Assembly (NCBI GenBank): GCA_000634415.1
Contig: JFNH01000096.1
Span: forward strand, 47,682 to 111,681
DNA from: Prochlorococcus sp. scB245a_519A13
Lineage (GTDB): Bacteria > Cyanobacteriota > Cyanobacteriia > PCC-6307 > Cyanobiaceae
Direction of reading: 5' to 3'
Length of the DNA: 64,000 bases
Numbering within the stretch: position 1 is the stretch's first letter; each line of letters opens with the position of its first letter. Both the position numbers and the translations under genes were made by a program. Positions 10,060 through 22,821 of this stretch are shown one piece after another. Below the pieces are notes generated by a model that did not search any database, was not told the origin of the DNA, and saw only the letters and a program-made list of their open reading frames with translations.

Positions 10060-11823
10060 ATGACATCATCTATTGAATGCAAAAATTTTCTTAGAAGTTT
10101 ACAACTTTTGAATCTTCTTATAAAAATAGGAGTTCAAAATTTAATACTATGTCCTGGAAGTAGATCGGCACCTTTAGCAATAGCGGCTGGAGAATTAAAC
10201 AAACTAGGACTGGTAAATATTTTCAATTCAATAGATGAGAGATCTGCGGGATTCCACTCTCTTGGGATTTCTGCTGCCTCAGGTAATCTTTCTTTAGTTA
10301 TTACTACTTCTGGAACTGCCGTAAGTAACTTATTGCCAGCGGCAGTTGAAGCAGACCGCTCTTGTAAAGGTGTTATATTTCTTACTGCAGATAGACCCTT
10401 AAGATTAAAAGATTGTGGCGCTAATCAAACAGTAAACCAAGAAGATTTTTTGAGTTCAGTCTGCAGAAGGGTTTTAAGTACAAATCTAAATGGACTTCAT
10501 GAAACAAAAGAGAATGAAATCTTGAATTTAGTTCGAACTATTGAGAAACAAATATCAAGCTTCCCTGGTCCTATTCATTTAAATATTCCTATTAATAAGC
10601 CTTTAGGTATTTCATTTTTAAATAAAAAAAATGTTTTAGAGGTTTTTGAGAGAATTTATTTAAAGAAAAAATATATATTTCAGGAAGTTGAAATAAAGTC
10701 TGATAAAAACAAATTCTTCGAAATTTCCGAAAATTTAAATTTAGATGAATCCGGCATTATTTTGGTAGGTCCCTATCAAGGTTCCATAAATGATTTAACT
10801 TCTTTCAATAAGTCTTTAGAACGATTACAAGAGATTACTGGTTGGCCAGTATTTGCTGATCCTGTTTCAGGTGTTTATTCTGGTTTGAGAGGACTAGTAG
10901 TGAATTGGGAATTAGTCTTAAGAAAAAATAAAAACTCAATAAATTGTCATCAACTTTTGAGGCTTGGCCCTATGTCATCCTCAATTGATTTGGAGAAGTT
11001 TTTAATGAACTTCAAAGGGATACAAATTCTTATAAAAGAAAAAAACTATAGAAAATTGGACCCTATAAAAAAATCATTTGAATATGATTTTGGGCTATCA
11101 AATTTCACTACTCTATTGTTAGAAGAATTATCAATCAACGAAAAAAACAAAAAGTCTCTTACTCCGATGGCTCTAAATCTTATAGAGGAAGGCGAGCAGA
11201 TTAAAGAAATTTTAAAAGAGAAAATTACTCAAGAGAATCAAATTACTGAGTATATGCTTGCAAATCTTGTTCCAAAAATTTGGCCAACTGAAAATCCTAT
11301 AATGCTCTCCGCGAGTAGCCCGATTAGAGATTGGCTCACATTTTCAGAAAATGGTACTTTAACAAGAAATTGTTTCAGCTTTAGAGGAGCTTCCGGCATA
11401 GACGGTACATTATCTCTTGCATTAGGTATTTCTAGAATTAAAAGTCCTCTACTTCTTGTAACTGGAGATTTGGCTTTTATTCATGATATAAATGGTTGGC
11501 TGATTGAAAATTCAATCGACATGAATTTAACAATTCTTCTAATAAATAATAATGGCGGAAATATATTTAATCGTATTTATAAAAATAATTTAAAAGAAGA
11601 TGAATTAAAAAAACTATTTCTTATGCCAAAAGAAATAAACTGGCCAAAACTCGCAGAGGGTTATCAAGTAAACTTTAAAAGTGTGACAAATTTTAAAAAA
11701 TTACGAGAGGCATTAGATTGGAGCATTTCTATCCAGAAATCTGTAATAATTAAAGTTGACGTTGATCCAGAAAATGAAATTTGTGAAAAAAATGCCTTGC
11801 TAGAAAAAATAATTGGCAGTTAA
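10060..11823 (+). CDS. menD: SEPHCHC synthase (ThDP-dependent)
   Basis: [30 protein letters not shown] and GDLAFIHD...NNNGG motifs. Confidence 0.96.
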   Translation: MTSSIECKNFLRSLQLLNLLIKIGVQNLILCPGSRSAPLAIAAGELNKLGLVNIFNSIDERSAGFHSLGISAASGNLSLVITTSGTAVSNLLPAAVEADRSCKGVIFLTADRPLRLKDCGANQTVNQEDFLSSVCRRVLSTNLNGLHETKENEILNLVRTIEKQISSFPGPIHLNIPINKPLGISFLNKKNVLEVFERIYLKKKYIFQEVEIKSDKNKFFEISENLNLDESGIILVGPYQGSINDLTSFNKSLERLQEITGWPVFADPVSGVYSGLRGLVVNWELVLRKNKNSINCHQLLRLGPMSSSIDLEKFLMNFKGIQILIKEKNYRKLDPIKKSFEYDFGLSNFTTLLLEELSINEKNKKSLTPMALNLIEEGEQIKEILKEKITQENQITEYMLANLVPKIWPTENPIMLSASSPIRDWLTFSENGTLTRNCFSFRGASGIDGTLSLALGISRIKSPLLLVTGDLAFIHDINGWLIENSIDMNLTILLINNNGGNIFNRIYKNNLKEDELKKLFLMPKEINWPKLAEGYQVNFKSVTNFKKLREALDWSISIQKSVIIKVDVDPENEICEKNALLEKIIGS

Positions 11824-11858
11824 ATTTATCATTTTCTACCTCTGAATAATTAGATTTC

Positions 11859-12716
11859 ATGAAAGTATTACCTGGAAAAACAATTTTAAATTGGTCAGAA
11901 TGTAATTCTTATGAGGATATATTGTTTCACAAATCAGATGAGGGAATCGCGAGAATTGCAATTAATCGGCCTGAAAAAAGAAATGCATTTAGGCCACAAA
12001 CTATAGATGAACTCATTGACGCATTTGATATCGTAAGAAATGATGAAACTATTGGCGTAGTTCTCTTTACAGGTGCGGGACCTGACAAGAAGGGCATTTA
12101 TTCTTTTTGCTCTGGAGGTGATCAGAGTGTAAGGGGTAAAAATGGATATAAAAATGATGAAGGGAAGCAGAGATTAAATGTACTTGAACTTCAAAGATTA
12201 ATAAGAAGTTTGCCTAAAGTAGTTATTGCCTTAGTTCCTGGTTTCGCAATTGGAGGAGGGCAGGTACTTCATCTAATTTGTGATCTCAGTATCGCCTCTG
12301 AAAATGCAATATTTGGTCAAACAGGTCCAAGAGTTGGTAGTTTTGATGCGGGTTTTGGATCTAGTTATTTAGCAAGACTTGTTGGTCAAAGAAAAGCAAA
12401 AGAAATTTGGTTTTTGTGTAGAAAATATAATTCCAAGGAAGCTCTGAAGATGGGCTTGATAAATGCAATTACAAAGATTGAAGAATTAGAAGCTGAGGGT
12501 GTAATCTGGGCAAGAGAGATTTTACGAAATAGTCCAACTGCTATTCGTATTCTTAAAGCTTCATTCAATGCAGAGAATGATGGGATTGCAGGTATTCAAG
12601 AATTATCTGGATACACAACTCAATTATTCTATTCGACTGAAGAAGCTCAAGAAGGTAGAGATGCCTTTCTTGAAAAGCGTCCACCAGACTTTTCTGACTA
12701 TAAGTGGACACCCTAG
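11859..12716 (+). CDS. menB: 1,4-dihydroxy-2-naphthoyl-CoA synthase
   Basis: [21 protein letters not shown] and GSFDAGFG motifs; follows menD. Confidence 0.97.
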   Translation: MKVLPGKTILNWSECNSYEDILFHKSDEGIARIAINRPEKRNAFRPQTIDELIDAFDIVRNDETIGVVLFTGAGPDKKGIYSFCSGGDQSVRGKNGYKNDEGKQRLNVLELQRLIRSLPKVVIALVPGFAIGGGQVLHLICDLSIASENAIFGQTGPRVGSFDAGFGSSYLARLVGQRKAKEIWFLCRKYNSKEALKMGLINAITKIEELEAEGVIWAREILRNSPTAIRILKASFNAENDGIAGIQELSGYTTQLFYSTEEAQEGRDAFLEKRPPDFSDYKWTP

Positions 12717-12750
12717 TTTATTTTTCAAAAGAACTTTTAAATAATTATCA

Positions 12751-14208
12751 ATGAGAATTCTTCTTGCCGCTGCTGAATGTGCTCCAATGATCAAAGTTGG
12801 AGGTATGGGAGATGTGGTTGGTTCGTTGCCTCCATCTTTGATAAAACTTGGTCACGATGTAAGGGTGATAATTCCAGGGTATGGAAAATTGTGGAGTCTT
12901 TTAGAGGTATCGAATGAACCAGTCTTTAGAGCAAATACAATGGGCACTGATTTTGCCGTATATGAAGCAAAACATCCCATTCATAATTATGTGATTTACC
13001 TGGTGGGTCATCCAACATTTGACTCTGACCAAATATATGGAGGCGAAAATGAGGACTGGCGCTTTACATTTTTTGCTAGTGCCACTGCAGAATTTGCCTG
13101 GAATTGTTGGAAACCTCAAGTTCTCCATTGTCATGATTGGCACACTGGAATGATTCCTGTGTGGATGCATCAGGATCCCGAAATTAGTACTGTTTTCACA
13201 ATTCATAATTTAAAATACCAAGGCCCTTGGAGGTGGAAACTTGAAAAAATGACTTGGTGTCCATGGTATATGCATGGAGACCACACGATGGCTGCGGCAA
13301 TGTTGTACGCAGATAGGGTCAATGCTGTTTCTCCGACTTATGCAGATGAGATTAAAACTCATGAATACGGGGAAAGCCTCGAAGGATTACTTAATTACAT
13401 TTCAGGTAAATTAAGGGGAATTCTTAATGGCATAGATCTTGATGAATGGAATCCAGCAAAAGATCCAGTTTTACCTGCAAAATTTAGTATTAAGAATTTA
13501 GAAAATAGGCTAGAAAATAAAAAAATTCTGCAGAGAGAAATGGGTCTTGAAGTTAATCCTAAAAAATATCTTTTAGGTATGGTAAGTAGGTTAGTTGATC
13601 AGAAAGGGGTTGACCTACTTTTACAAGTTTCAAGAAGACTATTAGCCTATACAGATTCTCAAATTGCTGTTTTAGGGACTGGAGATAGATATTTAGAGTC
13701 AGGATTATGGCAACTGGCATTAGATTACCCAGGAAGATTCTCAGTATTTCTTACCTATGATGATTCTTTATCAAGGCTTATCTACGGTGGCTCTGATGCA
13801 TTTTTGATGCCAAGTAGATTTGAACCTTGTGGAATTAGTCAACTCCTTGCTATGAGGTATGGTTCTATCCCTATAGTAAGGCGAGTTGGAGGTTTAGTTG
13901 ATACAGTTTTACCTCATGACCCAGAAAATAATAATGGTACGGGATTTTGCTTTGATCGCTTTGAACCTATAGATTTCTATACTTCTTTAGTTAGGTCCTG
14001 GGAAGCCTTTAGGCATAAAGATAGTTGGGAATTACTGCAAAAAAGAGCAATGAGCCAAGAGTTTAGTTGGCAAAGATCAGCTCTTGAATACGAAGTTATG
14101 TATAAGGATGTTTGCGGAATAAAAGAACCATCGCCAGATGTTTCTGAAGTTGAAAAATTTTCTTACGGACAATCAGCTGATCCATCTTTAAAAAAAAGTA
14201 TGACTTAA
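12751..14208 (+). CDS. glgA: Glycogen synthase
   Basis: [27 protein letters not shown] and PSRFEPCG motifs. Confidence 0.97.
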   Translation: MRILLAAAECAPMIKVGGMGDVVGSLPPSLIKLGHDVRVIIPGYGKLWSLLEVSNEPVFRANTMGTDFAVYEAKHPIHNYVIYLVGHPTFDSDQIYGGENEDWRFTFFASATAEFAWNCWKPQVLHCHDWHTGMIPVWMHQDPEISTVFTIHNLKYQGPWRWKLEKMTWCPWYMHGDHTMAAAMLYADRVNAVSPTYADEIKTHEYGESLEGLLNYISGKLRGILNGIDLDEWNPAKDPVLPAKFSIKNLENRLENKKILQREMGLEVNPKKYLLGMVSRLVDQKGVDLLLQVSRRLLAYTDSQIAVLGTGDRYLESGLWQLALDYPGRFSVFLTYDDSLSRLIYGGSDAFLMPSRFEPCGISQLLAMRYGSIPIVRRVGGLVDTVLPHDPENNNGTGFCFDRFEPIDFYTSLVRSWEAFRHKDSWELLQKRAMSQEFSWQRSALEYEVMYKDVCGIKEPSPDVSEVEKFSYGQSADPSLKKSMT

Positions 14209-14215
14209 TTTTTTA

Positions 14216-15589
14216 ATGGAATTCTCTTTATCAGAATTAAACAATGTTTTGGGGGATATTAGAAATCTGAGAGAGGGGAAAAGAGATTTTTTGAATTTTA
14301 AGAATATAAGTATTGATAGTAGAACTTTATTAAACAATGATCTTTTTATAGCTATTAAGGGTAAAAATTTTGACGGACATAGTTTTCTTCCAGAGGTTTT
14401 AAATAAAGGAGTTAAATCTGTTGTAATTAAAAAAGGGATGCAGAGATTACTGCCTAGTGATTTACCTTATTGGGTTGTAAATGACACAACAGAAGCTTTT
14501 CAAAAATTAGCATTGCTAAAAAGAAAAAAATTAAATATCCCTATTGTTGCAATAACTGGCTCAGTGGGTAAAACCACAACAAAAGAAATGATTGGTGGAG
14601 TTTTAAATAAACTTGGAAGAATTAAATTATCTCATGCAAATTTCAATAATGAGATTGGAGTTGGTCTTACTATTCTTGCTACAGATATAGAAGATAAAGT
14701 TTTAGTTCTTGAGATGGGGATGAGAGGTCTTGGACAGATCGAGAATTTATCAAAATATAGTGAACCCGATATTGCAGTTATTACTAACATTGGGACAGCT
14801 CATATTGGATTGTTGGGCTCAAAAAAAAATATTACTCATGCAAAGTGTGAAATTAGTAAGTTTTTAAATCCAAAGGGAGTTGTAATAATTCCAGCAAATG
14901 ATCCATTTCTAGAAAAAACTTTAAAAGAATTTTGGAAAGGTAGGGTGATAAAAGTAAAACTATTAAATATAGAAAATCAAAAGGATAGTTTTAAGAAAGA
15001 TGATAATTTGCGAGGATTTTATAATCCTTCGAATAAAACAATTTTAATTGAAGGAAATACTTTTGAAATTTCATTTGAGGGATTTCACAATGCTTCGAAT
15101 TTCTTATTTGCTTATGCTGTTGCTAAAGAGCTAGGCATTGATTTTGCAAGTTTTAATAAATTTGATTTTATAAGTTTAGGTGGAAGAAATAAAATTCTTA
15201 AATCAGTAAAAACAACAATATACGATGAATCATATAATGCTTCGCCGGAGTCAGTAAAAGCATGTATTAAAAACCTACTTGAAAAGCCGAGAAATAAATT
15301 TTTCATATTTGGAAGTATGCAAGAATTGGGAAAAGAATCTGAAAAGTATCACAAAGAAATATTCAACTTAATAAATAATTCAGATATAGAAAAGTGTTTA
15401 TTTATTTGCGATAAAGAAAATGAAAAAATTTACTCTAATTATCTAAAAGATAAGAATAAATTCTTAGTTTTAAATAATATTAAAGATGTACCTCAAGAGA
15501 TAAACAAATCTACAAAAAAAGGTGATTCTATTCTTATAAAAGGGAGCAGATGTTGGCAACTTGAAAAAATTATTGAATTAATCAATTAG
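14216..15589 (+). CDS. murF: UDP-MurNAc-tripeptide--D-Ala-D-Ala ligase
   Basis: [36 protein letters not shown] and KGSR motifs. Confidence 0.96.
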   Translation: MEFSLSELNNVLGDIRNLREGKRDFLNFKNISIDSRTLLNNDLFIAIKGKNFDGHSFLPEVLNKGVKSVVIKKGMQRLLPSDLPYWVVNDTTEAFQKLALLKRKKLNIPIVAITGSVGKTTTKEMIGGVLNKLGRIKLSHANFNNEIGVGLTILATDIEDKVLVLEMGMRGLGQIENLSKYSEPDIAVITNIGTAHIGLLGSKKNITHAKCEISKFLNPKGVVIIPANDPFLEKTLKEFWKGRVIKVKLLNIENQKDSFKKDDNLRGFYNPSNKTILIEGNTFEISFEGFHNASNFLFAYAVAKELGIDFASFNKFDFISLGGRNKILKSVKTTIYDESYNASPESVKACIKNLLEKPRNKFFIFGSMQELGKESEKYHKEIFNLINNSDIEKCLFICDKENEKIYSNYLKDKNKFLVLNNIKDVPQEINKSTKKGDSILIKGSRCWQLEKIIELIN

Positions 15590-16940
15590 ATAAGGATTTC
15601 TTTCTTTCCCAATTTTCTATATTTACTTGCTTAGTTCTTGAGATTGCTAATGAATTATCTTTAGAGTCTTTTGTGATCACTGAACCAGCACCTGTTGTTA
15701 CTGATTCCCCTAGATTTATTGGTGCTACAAAAACTGTATTTGCTCCAATACTGGAATTTTTGCCAATTTTTGTTTGATGTTTTTTCTGTCCATCAAAATT
15801 TGCAGTAATAGTGCCTGCTCCAATATTAGTAGATCTTCCAATAATGGAATCACCAATATAACTTAGATGGTTTACTTTAGATTCTTCCTCTAGTTGACTA
15901 TTTTTGATCTCAACAAAATTACCTATTTTGCATTGGGAGGATATTTTGGAATTAGGTCTTATATGGCTATAAGGGCCAATTTTTATATGATCCATTATCT
16001 GAGAATCATAAACAGTAGAGTTTGAAATTTCACAATTTAATCCCACCTCAGAATCCTCAATAAAAGTATTTGGTCCGATAATGCAATGACTATTTATTTT
16101 CGTATTTCCTCTTATATGTGTATTAGCCTCAATAATTACATCCTTATCAATTTCAGCTTCTTCACTAATTGAACAACTTGCTTTATTTATAAAAGTTACA
16201 CCATTAAGCATATGTTTTTCTTTAATTGAACTCTGAATACATTCCTCGCACTCTGATAGTTGAATTCTGTTATTAATTCCTTGAAGTTCTCCATTATCCT
16301 CTACCTCGAGACTTGAGGAATTTTTTAGGAGAGATATTGTATCTGTTAAGTAAATCTCTTTTTGATTATTATTGCTTTGCAAGGTATTAATTATTTCTGA
16401 TAAGTTACCCCATTTAAAACAGTAAACACCTGCATTGATTAATGGATTTTTTCTTTCTAAATCATTGCAATCTTTTTCTTCAACAATTCTCTCTATACAA
16501 TCCCCATTTAAAAAAACTCTGCCATATCCATGGGGATTTGTTTTCTTTGTTGTAATTAAAGAAACATCAGCATTTTTTGAATCGTGTAAATTTAAAAGAT
16601 TATTTAAAGTATTAGGCCTAATGAGTGGCACATCCCCGTTAAGTATCAAAAGTTTTCCATCATGTTTTTTTACTTTTTTACAAAGAACTTGGATAGCATG
16701 ACCAGTCCCCAATTGAGGATCTTGAATAACAAATTTGATTTTTTTATTTTCTGGTATTGACTCTTGTACTTCTTTTGATTTGTGTCCTGTAATTACGAAA
16801 ATTTGATCAGGATTTAATTTAATGCAGGTATCAATTACTCTTTGCAAAAGACTTTTCCCAGAAATTTTATGTAAAACTTTTGGTATTGAGCTTTCCATTC
16901 TAGTGCCCTTTCCAGCAGCTAATATTGCAACACTTAACAT
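15582..16940 (-). CDS. glmU: Bifunctional GlcNAc-1-P uridyltransferase / glucosamine-1-P acetyltransferase
   Basis: [20 protein letters not shown], hexapeptide repeats, GNFVEIK and HLSYIGD. Confidence 0.97.
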   Translation of the reverse strand: MLSVAILAAGKGTRMESSIPKVLHKISGKSLLQRVIDTCIKLNPDQIFVITGHKSKEVQESIPENKKIKFVIQDPQLGTGHAIQVLCKKVKKHDGKLLILNGDVPLIRPNTLNNLLNLHDSKNADVSLITTKKTNPHGYGRVFLNGDCIERIVEEKDCNDLERKNPLINAGVYCFKWGNLSEIINTLQSNNNQKEIYLTDTISLLKNSSSLEVEDNGELQGINNRIQLSECEECIQSSIKEKHMLNGVTFINKASCSISEEAEIDKDVIIEANTHIRGNTKINSHCIIGPNTFIEDSEVGLNCEISNSTVYDSQIMDHIKIGPYSHIRPNSKISSQCKIGNFVEIKNSQLEEESKVNHLSYIGDSIIGRSTNIGAGTITANFDGQKKHQTKIGKNSSIGANTVFVAPINLGESVTTGAGSVITKDSKDNSLAISRTKQVNIENWERKKSLSN

Positions 16941-16964
16941 ATTTTTTTAAATATATCTATAAAT

Positions 16965-17870
16965 CTAACTCTTGAAGGCCAACTTCGTCATTCCCCATTT
17001 CTCTCTCCATTTTTTTGTAGATAATAGATTTGAGAACAATTGCTCATCTAATCTTCTTTTAATTATATCGTCTTTATTAGATTTTAAATCTTGATCTCTA
17101 TATGGAATACTAGCTTTAGTCAAGAGATGTTCCTCTTCCATTAAAGATAACTTTTCAAAATTGAAATTAGGTTTTAATTTATTCTTATCAAAATTTGATA
17201 TTGCGACAGTTCCCTGACTCCAAAAAGTTCTTTTTTTTAAACTTGGCTTAATAGTAAAAATTTCTAATCCAAGATTTCTTAAAGTTTTTCTTACTGCCGC
17301 TGAAGAAGAATAAGTTATTAAATAACCCTGAGAATTAAGATTTTCTGTGACTTTAGATAAAAAATCAATTGTCCATACTTGTGGACATTTTTGAGGTGAA
17401 AAACCATCTAAATAAATCAGATCGAATTTAATAGATGAAGGAATAATTTTGATTTTTTCTCTAGCATCACCCCATAAAATACTGCATTTAAAAAATTGAT
17501 CCTCAAAGTAATCTTTATGATATATTGATTCAAATATTGTTCTGACTTTTGGAGCCCATAATTTAAGAAAAGATTCATTTCTAAGCGAATATTCAAGAGG
17601 CTTTTTATCAATCTCCAACGCATACAAATTTAAATATGATTTTTGTTTAATTAATTCATCTAATAAAGAAGCGGAATTGTATCCTAAACCAAAACATATA
17701 TCCAAAACATTTAGAGATTTACCCTTAAATCTTTGCAAATTAGAAGTAGCTGTAAACTTTAACTTTGTTTCCTCCAATGCGCCCAATAAACTGTGGAAGT
17801 TCTCTTGAAAAAACGCACTTCTTAAAGAGTAACTACCATCTTTAGTTAAAACTTCTATTAATTCAGACAA
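16965..17870 (-). CDS. MnmC-like SAM-dependent tRNA methyltransferase (methyltransferase domain only)
   Basis: TKDGSYSL, FHS, DICFGLGYN, GDAR, LDGFSP and WT motifs of the MnmC N-terminal domain. Confidence 0.8.
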   Translation of the reverse strand: MSELIEVLTKDGSYSLRSAFFQENFHSLLGALEETKLKFTATSNLQRFKGKSLNVLDICFGLGYNSASLLDELIKQKSYLNLYALEIDKKPLEYSLRNESFLKLWAPKVRTIFESIYHKDYFEDQFFKCSILWGDAREKIKIIPSSIKFDLIYLDGFSPQKCPQVWTIDFLSKVTENLNSQGYLITYSSSAAVRKTLRNLGLEIFTIKPSLKKRTFWSQGTVAISNFDKNKLKPNFNFEKLSLMEEEHLLTKASIPYRDQDLKSNKDDIIKRRLDEQLFSNLLSTKKWREKWGMTKLAFKS

Positions 17871-17886
17871 AAACTTTTTAATTTAG

Positions 17887-19203
17887 TTAATTAGTTAGTT
17901 TTGCTAGCTCTTCCCAAAAGGTGGGATAAGAGACGCTAGCTGCATCTGCCCTCATTATTTTTGAGGTACCTTTAGCAAGAAGAGAAGCAATAGCAAGACT
18001 CATTGCTACTCGATGATCTGTCTCACTATCAACCTCCGCAGAATGAAATTTTGATTGCCCATTAATAATTAACCCATCATCTTTTTCTGTTATTTCAGCA
18101 CCGAATTTTTGTAACTGTCGTGCCATGACTTTTAATCGATCTGTCTCCTTCACCCTTAACTCTTGTGCATCTTTAATTTCAGAAACTCCATCACAAAAAC
18201 AGGCAGCAACAGTAAGTATAGGAATTTCATCTATAAGTTTTGGGAGAATGTCTCCTTCAATAGTAAATGACCTTAAATTATTTGAAGTTTTTACTTTAAT
18301 AGATCCAATGGGTTCACCTGCAATAGTCGATTTATCTATAATCTCATAATTGCACCCCATTGAATCCATTACATTTAAAATCCCTGTTCTAGTGGGATTT
18401 AATCCGACATTCTGAATTAAAACCTCTGAATTTGGAACAATAGATGCAGCAATCATCCAAAAAGAAGCAGAGCTAATGTCCCCAGGAATCAATATTCTCT
18501 GGCCAATTAAGTTACCCCCTGACTTGATAACTACATTTCTTCCTAATTCTCCTCTGATACTGATGTCTGCCCCAAATGCTTTTAACATTCTTTCAGTATG
18601 ATCTCTTGAAGATGCTGGTTCAATAACAGAAGTGGTTCCAGAAGCTTTGAGGCCTGCTAATAAGATTGCGGATTTCACTTGAGCGCTCGCTACAGGGGTT
18701 CCAATAACACAACCTTTTAGTTTATTCCCATTAATTGAGATTGGAGCTTTTTTCCCTTTTTCTCTACCAAAAATTTTGCCTCCCATTAACGATAATGGTT
18801 TACCCACTCGCCCCATTGGCCTTTCATTGAGAGAAATATCACCTGTTAAGATAAAATTCTTGCCTTCTTGACCGGCAAGTAACCCCATTAATAATCTCAT
18901 GGTGGTTCCTGAATTCCCGCAATTTAGAATATCTTTGGGCTCTATAAACCCATCAAGGCCCAATCCTGAAAACGTAAAAGGCTTATTTTTTTTTATTTCT
19001 GGTATTTTTACACCTAACTTTCTTAGACAATCAGCAGTTGAAAGTGGATCTTCAGAATGTAAGAACCCCTCAATAGTCGTCTCACCCTTGGCAATACTTC
19101 CTATTATTAGAGCTCTATGAGAAATAGATTTATCTCCAGGTACTCTTAATTTTCCTCTTAAATTAACTCCACCTTTTATTGTGCGGATATTATACATTTT
19201 CAA
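17887..19203 (-). CDS. aroA: EPSP synthase
   Basis: [37 protein letters not shown] and DHRVAM motifs. Confidence 0.98.
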   Translation of the reverse strand: MKMYNIRTIKGGVNLRGKLRVPGDKSISHRALIIGSIAKGETTIEGFLHSEDPLSTADCLRKLGVKIPEIKKNKPFTFSGLGLDGFIEPKDILNCGNSGTTMRLLMGLLAGQEGKNFILTGDISLNERPMGRVGKPLSLMGGKIFGREKGKKAPISINGNKLKGCVIGTPVASAQVKSAILLAGLKASGTTSVIEPASSRDHTERMLKAFGADISIRGELGRNVVIKSGGNLIGQRILIPGDISSASFWMIAASIVPNSEVLIQNVGLNPTRTGILNVMDSMGCNYEIIDKSTIAGEPIGSIKVKTSNNLRSFTIEGDILPKLIDEIPILTVAACFCDGVSEIKDAQELRVKETDRLKVMARQLQKFGAEITEKDDGLIINGQSKFHSAEVDSETDHRVAMSLAIASLLAKGTSKIMRADAASVSYPTFWEELAKLTN

Positions 19204-19331
19204 ATAAATTACTTGTTAAGATTCTGTAAAAAACAAATTAGTTTTATATTATCAATAAGTTTGTTTTTAAAAAAAAAATAATCAAATTAAGTAACTGTTT
19301 TCTATAATAAATCCAGAAAAAGGACCTTATT

Positions 19332-20060
19332 ATTAATCTTACTTATTATCACGTTGCAAAGGATGTTCCTCAAAATACTCCAGATATTGCAGTGGTCATT
19401 GATGTTTTAAGAGCCACAACCACAATTTCTTGGGCTTTAAAAAACGGAGCTGATTCAATACAAGTTTTTGCAGATTTAGATTTATTAAAAGAATCTGCAA
19501 CTAAGTGGCAAGCTGAAAAGAGACTAATGCTTGGAGAGAGAGGCGGAAAGAAGATTGAGGGCTTTGATTTAGGAAATTCTCCTTTATCAGTTACAAAAAA
19601 AGTTGTTAATGGTAAAAGACTATTTATGAGTACGACTAATGGGACTAAATCATTACATAAAGTTCAAAATGCTAAGCATTTATTTGCTATGGGTCTCCCA
19701 AATAGGAAAGCAGTTGCTGAAAAAATCATTTCATTAAAAAGTGAAAATGTTTTAATACTTGGCAGTGGTTGGGAAGGCTCTTATTCACTTGAGGATTCTT
19801 TAGCTGCTGGCGCTTTGGCCTCATACCTAAAACAGAACTGTGATTTCGAAATTAATATTCTGAATGACGAATTACAAGCCGCTTTGGCACTTTGGAATGT
19901 CTGGAAAAATGATATTTTGAAATGTTTAAAAACAGCAACCCATGGCAAAAGATTGACAAGTCTTGGAGATTATGAGGATGATTTTAAATGTTGCTCTGAA
20001 CTTGATTGCTTAGATATTGTTCCGGCTCAAGTTGAAAGAGGTGTGATTCGTGCCTCATGA
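19332..20060 (+). CDS. comB: 2-phosphosulfolactate phosphatase family protein
   Basis: VIDVLRATTT, GER, GNSP, TTNGT and EDSLAAG motifs. The frame stays open upstream of the track start (19392); the likely start is ATT at 19332, after AGGA. Confidence 0.85.
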   Translation: MNLTYYHVAKDVPQNTPDIAVVIDVLRATTTISWALKNGADSIQVFADLDLLKESATKWQAEKRLMLGERGGKKIEGFDLGNSPLSVTKKVVNGKRLFMSTTNGTKSLHKVQNAKHLFAMGLPNRKAVAEKIISLKSENVLILGSGWEGSYSLEDSLAAGALASYLKQNCDFEINILNDELQAALALWNVWKNDILKCLKTATHGKRLTSLGDYEDDFKCCSELDCLDIVPAQVERGVIRAS

Positions 20061-20090
20061 TTTACGAATTGGTTCATTAGGAGTAAAGTC

Positions 20091-20918
20091 TTGACTGATT
20101 TTTTGGTAGCTGCATTGCAAATTACAAGTACTTCAAATGTTGAAGCAAATTTTAATGAAGCAGAAGAACAGATTGAATTAGCTGCTAGAAGAGGTGCTGA
20201 GTTAATAGGATTACCTGAGAATTTTGCTTTTTTAGGAGAAGATGATGAAAAACTTAGATTAGCTTCTGAATTGTCAGAGAAGTGTGCAAATTTCCTAAAA
20301 ACTATGTCGCAAAGATATCAAGTACTTCTATTGGGAGGAGGGTATCCTGTCCCTGCTGGTGATGGTAGTCATACTTTTAATAGGTCAGCCTTATTTGGGA
20401 AAGATGGACAGGTATTGGCAAAATACGACAAGATTCATTTGTTTGATGTTGATTTGCCAGATGGAAATTTATATAAGGAATCATCCACTATTTTATCTGG
20501 AGCAGAGTATCCACCTGTTGTAGATGTGCCAGGTTTATGCAAAATAGGATTGTCGATTTGTTACGACGTTAGATTTCCTGAACTCTATAGATATTTGTCT
20601 TCCAATGGTGCTGAGCTAATTATGATTCCCGCAGCTTTTACAGCATTTACTGGAAAAGATCATTGGCAAATCCTATTACAAGCAAGAGCAATTGAGAATA
20701 CAGCATATGTAGTTGCTCCAGCTCAGACTGGGATTCATTATGGAAGAAGGCAAAGTCATGGCCATGCAATGGTAATTGACCCTTGGGGTACTGTTTTATC
20801 TGATGCTGGAAAAACTCAGGGAGCTGCAATAGCACCTGCTGATAAAGAAAGAGTAGAGAAAATTAGGGAGCAGATGCCAAGCCTTAAACATAGAAAAAAC
20901 AAATTATTTTCAAACTAA
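20091..20918 (+). CDS. Carbon-nitrogen hydrolase (Nit1-like nitrilase family)
   Basis: LPENF (Glu), YDKIHLFD (Lys), ICYDVRFPE (Cys) triad and ARAIEN. Confidence 0.92.
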   Translation: MTDFLVAALQITSTSNVEANFNEAEEQIELAARRGAELIGLPENFAFLGEDDEKLRLASELSEKCANFLKTMSQRYQVLLLGGGYPVPAGDGSHTFNRSALFGKDGQVLAKYDKIHLFDVDLPDGNLYKESSTILSGAEYPPVVDVPGLCKIGLSICYDVRFPELYRYLSSNGAELIMIPAAFTAFTGKDHWQILLQARAIENTAYVVAPAQTGIHYGRRQSHGHAMVIDPWGTVLSDAGKTQGAAIAPADKERVEKIREQMPSLKHRKNKLFSN

Positions 20919-22003
20919 TGATAAAGTTTTTAGATAATAAACTTTTTCGTTATTTATCCGTTTTTTTATTTTTAAATTCTTCTATCCTTCCAGTTAAATC
21001 TTCAAGTGCTCTTGCGGCATGGGCTATAAATACTAATGGAGTTTTAGAATTAAGAACTAAATCAAATACAAATTTAAAAGCATACTTTCAGAAGGCTAAT
21101 CAAATATCGGGAGATAGATTCTGGGTGGATTTCCCAGGAGAATTAAAAAATCCCAGAACAATAAAAGGTAATGGCCCAATAAAAGAAATTAGATTAGGTA
21201 AACCAAATAAGGGTAAAACAAGACTAGTAATTGAATTTAAGGAAGAGACTTATTTGAAACCTTTGACTTGGCAAATGGTTGGCTTAGATCAAAATAGATG
21301 GAGAATTAAACTATTTAACTCAAAATATTCATTTAAAAAGATTGGTGAAGGTTTAGTTGAAAAGAAAAGAGGAAATATCAAAGCAAATCAAAATTTCATT
21401 CATAAGAAGAAAAACAATTATGGTTACTTGAAACTACCAGAGGTAAAAAGAAACAAGTTTGAAGTTGTAATCGATCCAGGGCATGGAGGACCTGATCCAG
21501 GAGCAATAGGTATTGGTGGTATTAGAGAAACAGATGTTGTTCTGGAGGTTTCAAAAATAGTTAAAAATTTACTTTCTCAGAAAGGTGTCAAAGTAAGTTT
21601 GACTAGAACAAATGACGTTGATTTGGATTTGCCTCCAAGAGTGTCCATTGCTAATAATACGGATGCAGATATCTTTGTAAGTATTCATGCAAATGCCTCA
21701 AGAGGTAAAAGAAGAGACATAAATGGATTGGAAACTTTTTATTACAGAGGGTGGAGAGGAAGATTACTCGCGAAAAGAATTCAAAAACAAATTTTAAGAG
21801 TTTCCCCTGGGAGCCCAGATCGAGGAGTTAAACAAGGTCGATTTTATGTAATTAAAAATACTAGGATGCCTGCAGTCCTGGTAGAAATTGGATTTTTAAC
21901 GGGAAGATTAGATGCAAGAAGATTAGAAAAAATAACCCATCGAAAAAGATTAGCCTATGCAATTACAAAAGGTATCCTCGAATATCTAGATAAAGCAGGG
22001 TGA
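20918..22003 (+). CDS. N-acetylmuramoyl-L-alanine amidase (Amidase_3) with N-terminal AMIN-like domain
   Basis: Signal peptide plus IDPGHGG, FVSIHAN and PAVLVEIGF motifs. Confidence 0.93.
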   Translation: MIKFLDNKLFRYLSVFLFLNSSILPVKSSSALAAWAINTNGVLELRTKSNTNLKAYFQKANQISGDRFWVDFPGELKNPRTIKGNGPIKEIRLGKPNKGKTRLVIEFKEETYLKPLTWQMVGLDQNRWRIKLFNSKYSFKKIGEGLVEKKRGNIKANQNFIHKKKNNYGYLKLPEVKRNKFEVVIDPGHGGPDPGAIGIGGIRETDVVLEVSKIVKNLLSQKGVKVSLTRTNDVDLDLPPRVSIANNTDADIFVSIHANASRGKRRDINGLETFYYRGWRGRLLAKRIQKQILRVSPGSPDRGVKQGRFYVIKNTRMPAVLVEIGFLTGRLDARRLEKITHRKRLAYAITKGILEYLDKAG

Positions 22004-22794
22004 AACTTAAAATAGGTATATTTGATAGTGGAATAGGTGGTTTTACTATCCTTAATTCTTTACTAAAAACACGTAAAGATGTAGAAGTTTTTTATTTGGC
22101 GGATACAAAAAGAATACCTTTTGGGAACAAAAATTCTAAAGAGATAAGATTAATTGCAAAGGAGATTTGTACTTTTTTTGTTGATAAGAATTTGGATGCA
22201 CTTTTAGTTGCTTGTAACACTACAAATGCGTGTGCTCTCGATATCCTAGAAAATAATTTAAAGGTCCCTTGTTTTGACCTTATAAACTCAGTATCGGAAA
22301 TAGTTGATAAACAAATAATTGGTGTCCTGGCAACACAAACAACTGTTCGATCATCGTATTACAAGAAAGCTATAAATGCTAAGAAAAAGAATACGATAAT
22401 ATTTCAGCAAGAATGTCCAGAATTTGTATCAGAAATTGAAAAAGAAAAATTACATATTGATAAGTTAAATAGTCTCTCAGACTTATACTTGAGACCTTTA
22501 ATAAACAAAAATATTGAAGAATTAATACTTGGATGTAGTCATTATCCTTTAATTTATGACTTTTTAAGAAAAAAATTGGATTCAAATATAAAAATTATTG
22601 ATCCATCGGTAGCATTAATAAAAAAATTTAATGAATCTTTTGCTATTCCAAAAACTGACCGCTATGAGAGTATTTCTCTCGAAAATGTAAAATTTTTTGT
22701 TACTTCAGAAAGAGATGAGTTTTCCAATAAAGTAAAATTTTGGCTTGGAATTAATAAAGAAATTAGGTTAGTTAACCTCCGAAGGCATGTTTGA
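22000..22794 (+). CDS. murI: Glutamate racemase
   Basis: FDSGIGG, ACNT and LGCSHYP motifs. Confidence 0.96.
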   Translation: MKLKIGIFDSGIGGFTILNSLLKTRKDVEVFYLADTKRIPFGNKNSKEIRLIAKEICTFFVDKNLDALLVACNTTNACALDILENNLKVPCFDLINSVSEIVDKQIIGVLATQTTVRSSYYKKAINAKKKNTIIFQQECPEFVSEIEKEKLHIDKLNSLSDLYLRPLINKNIEELILGCSHYPLIYDFLRKKLDSNIKIIDPSVALIKKFNESFAIPKTDRYESISLENVKFFVTSERDEFSNKVKFWLGINKEIRLVNLRRHV

Positions 22795-22821
22795 TTCCTT
22801 AAGATATAGAAGAGGTCAATC

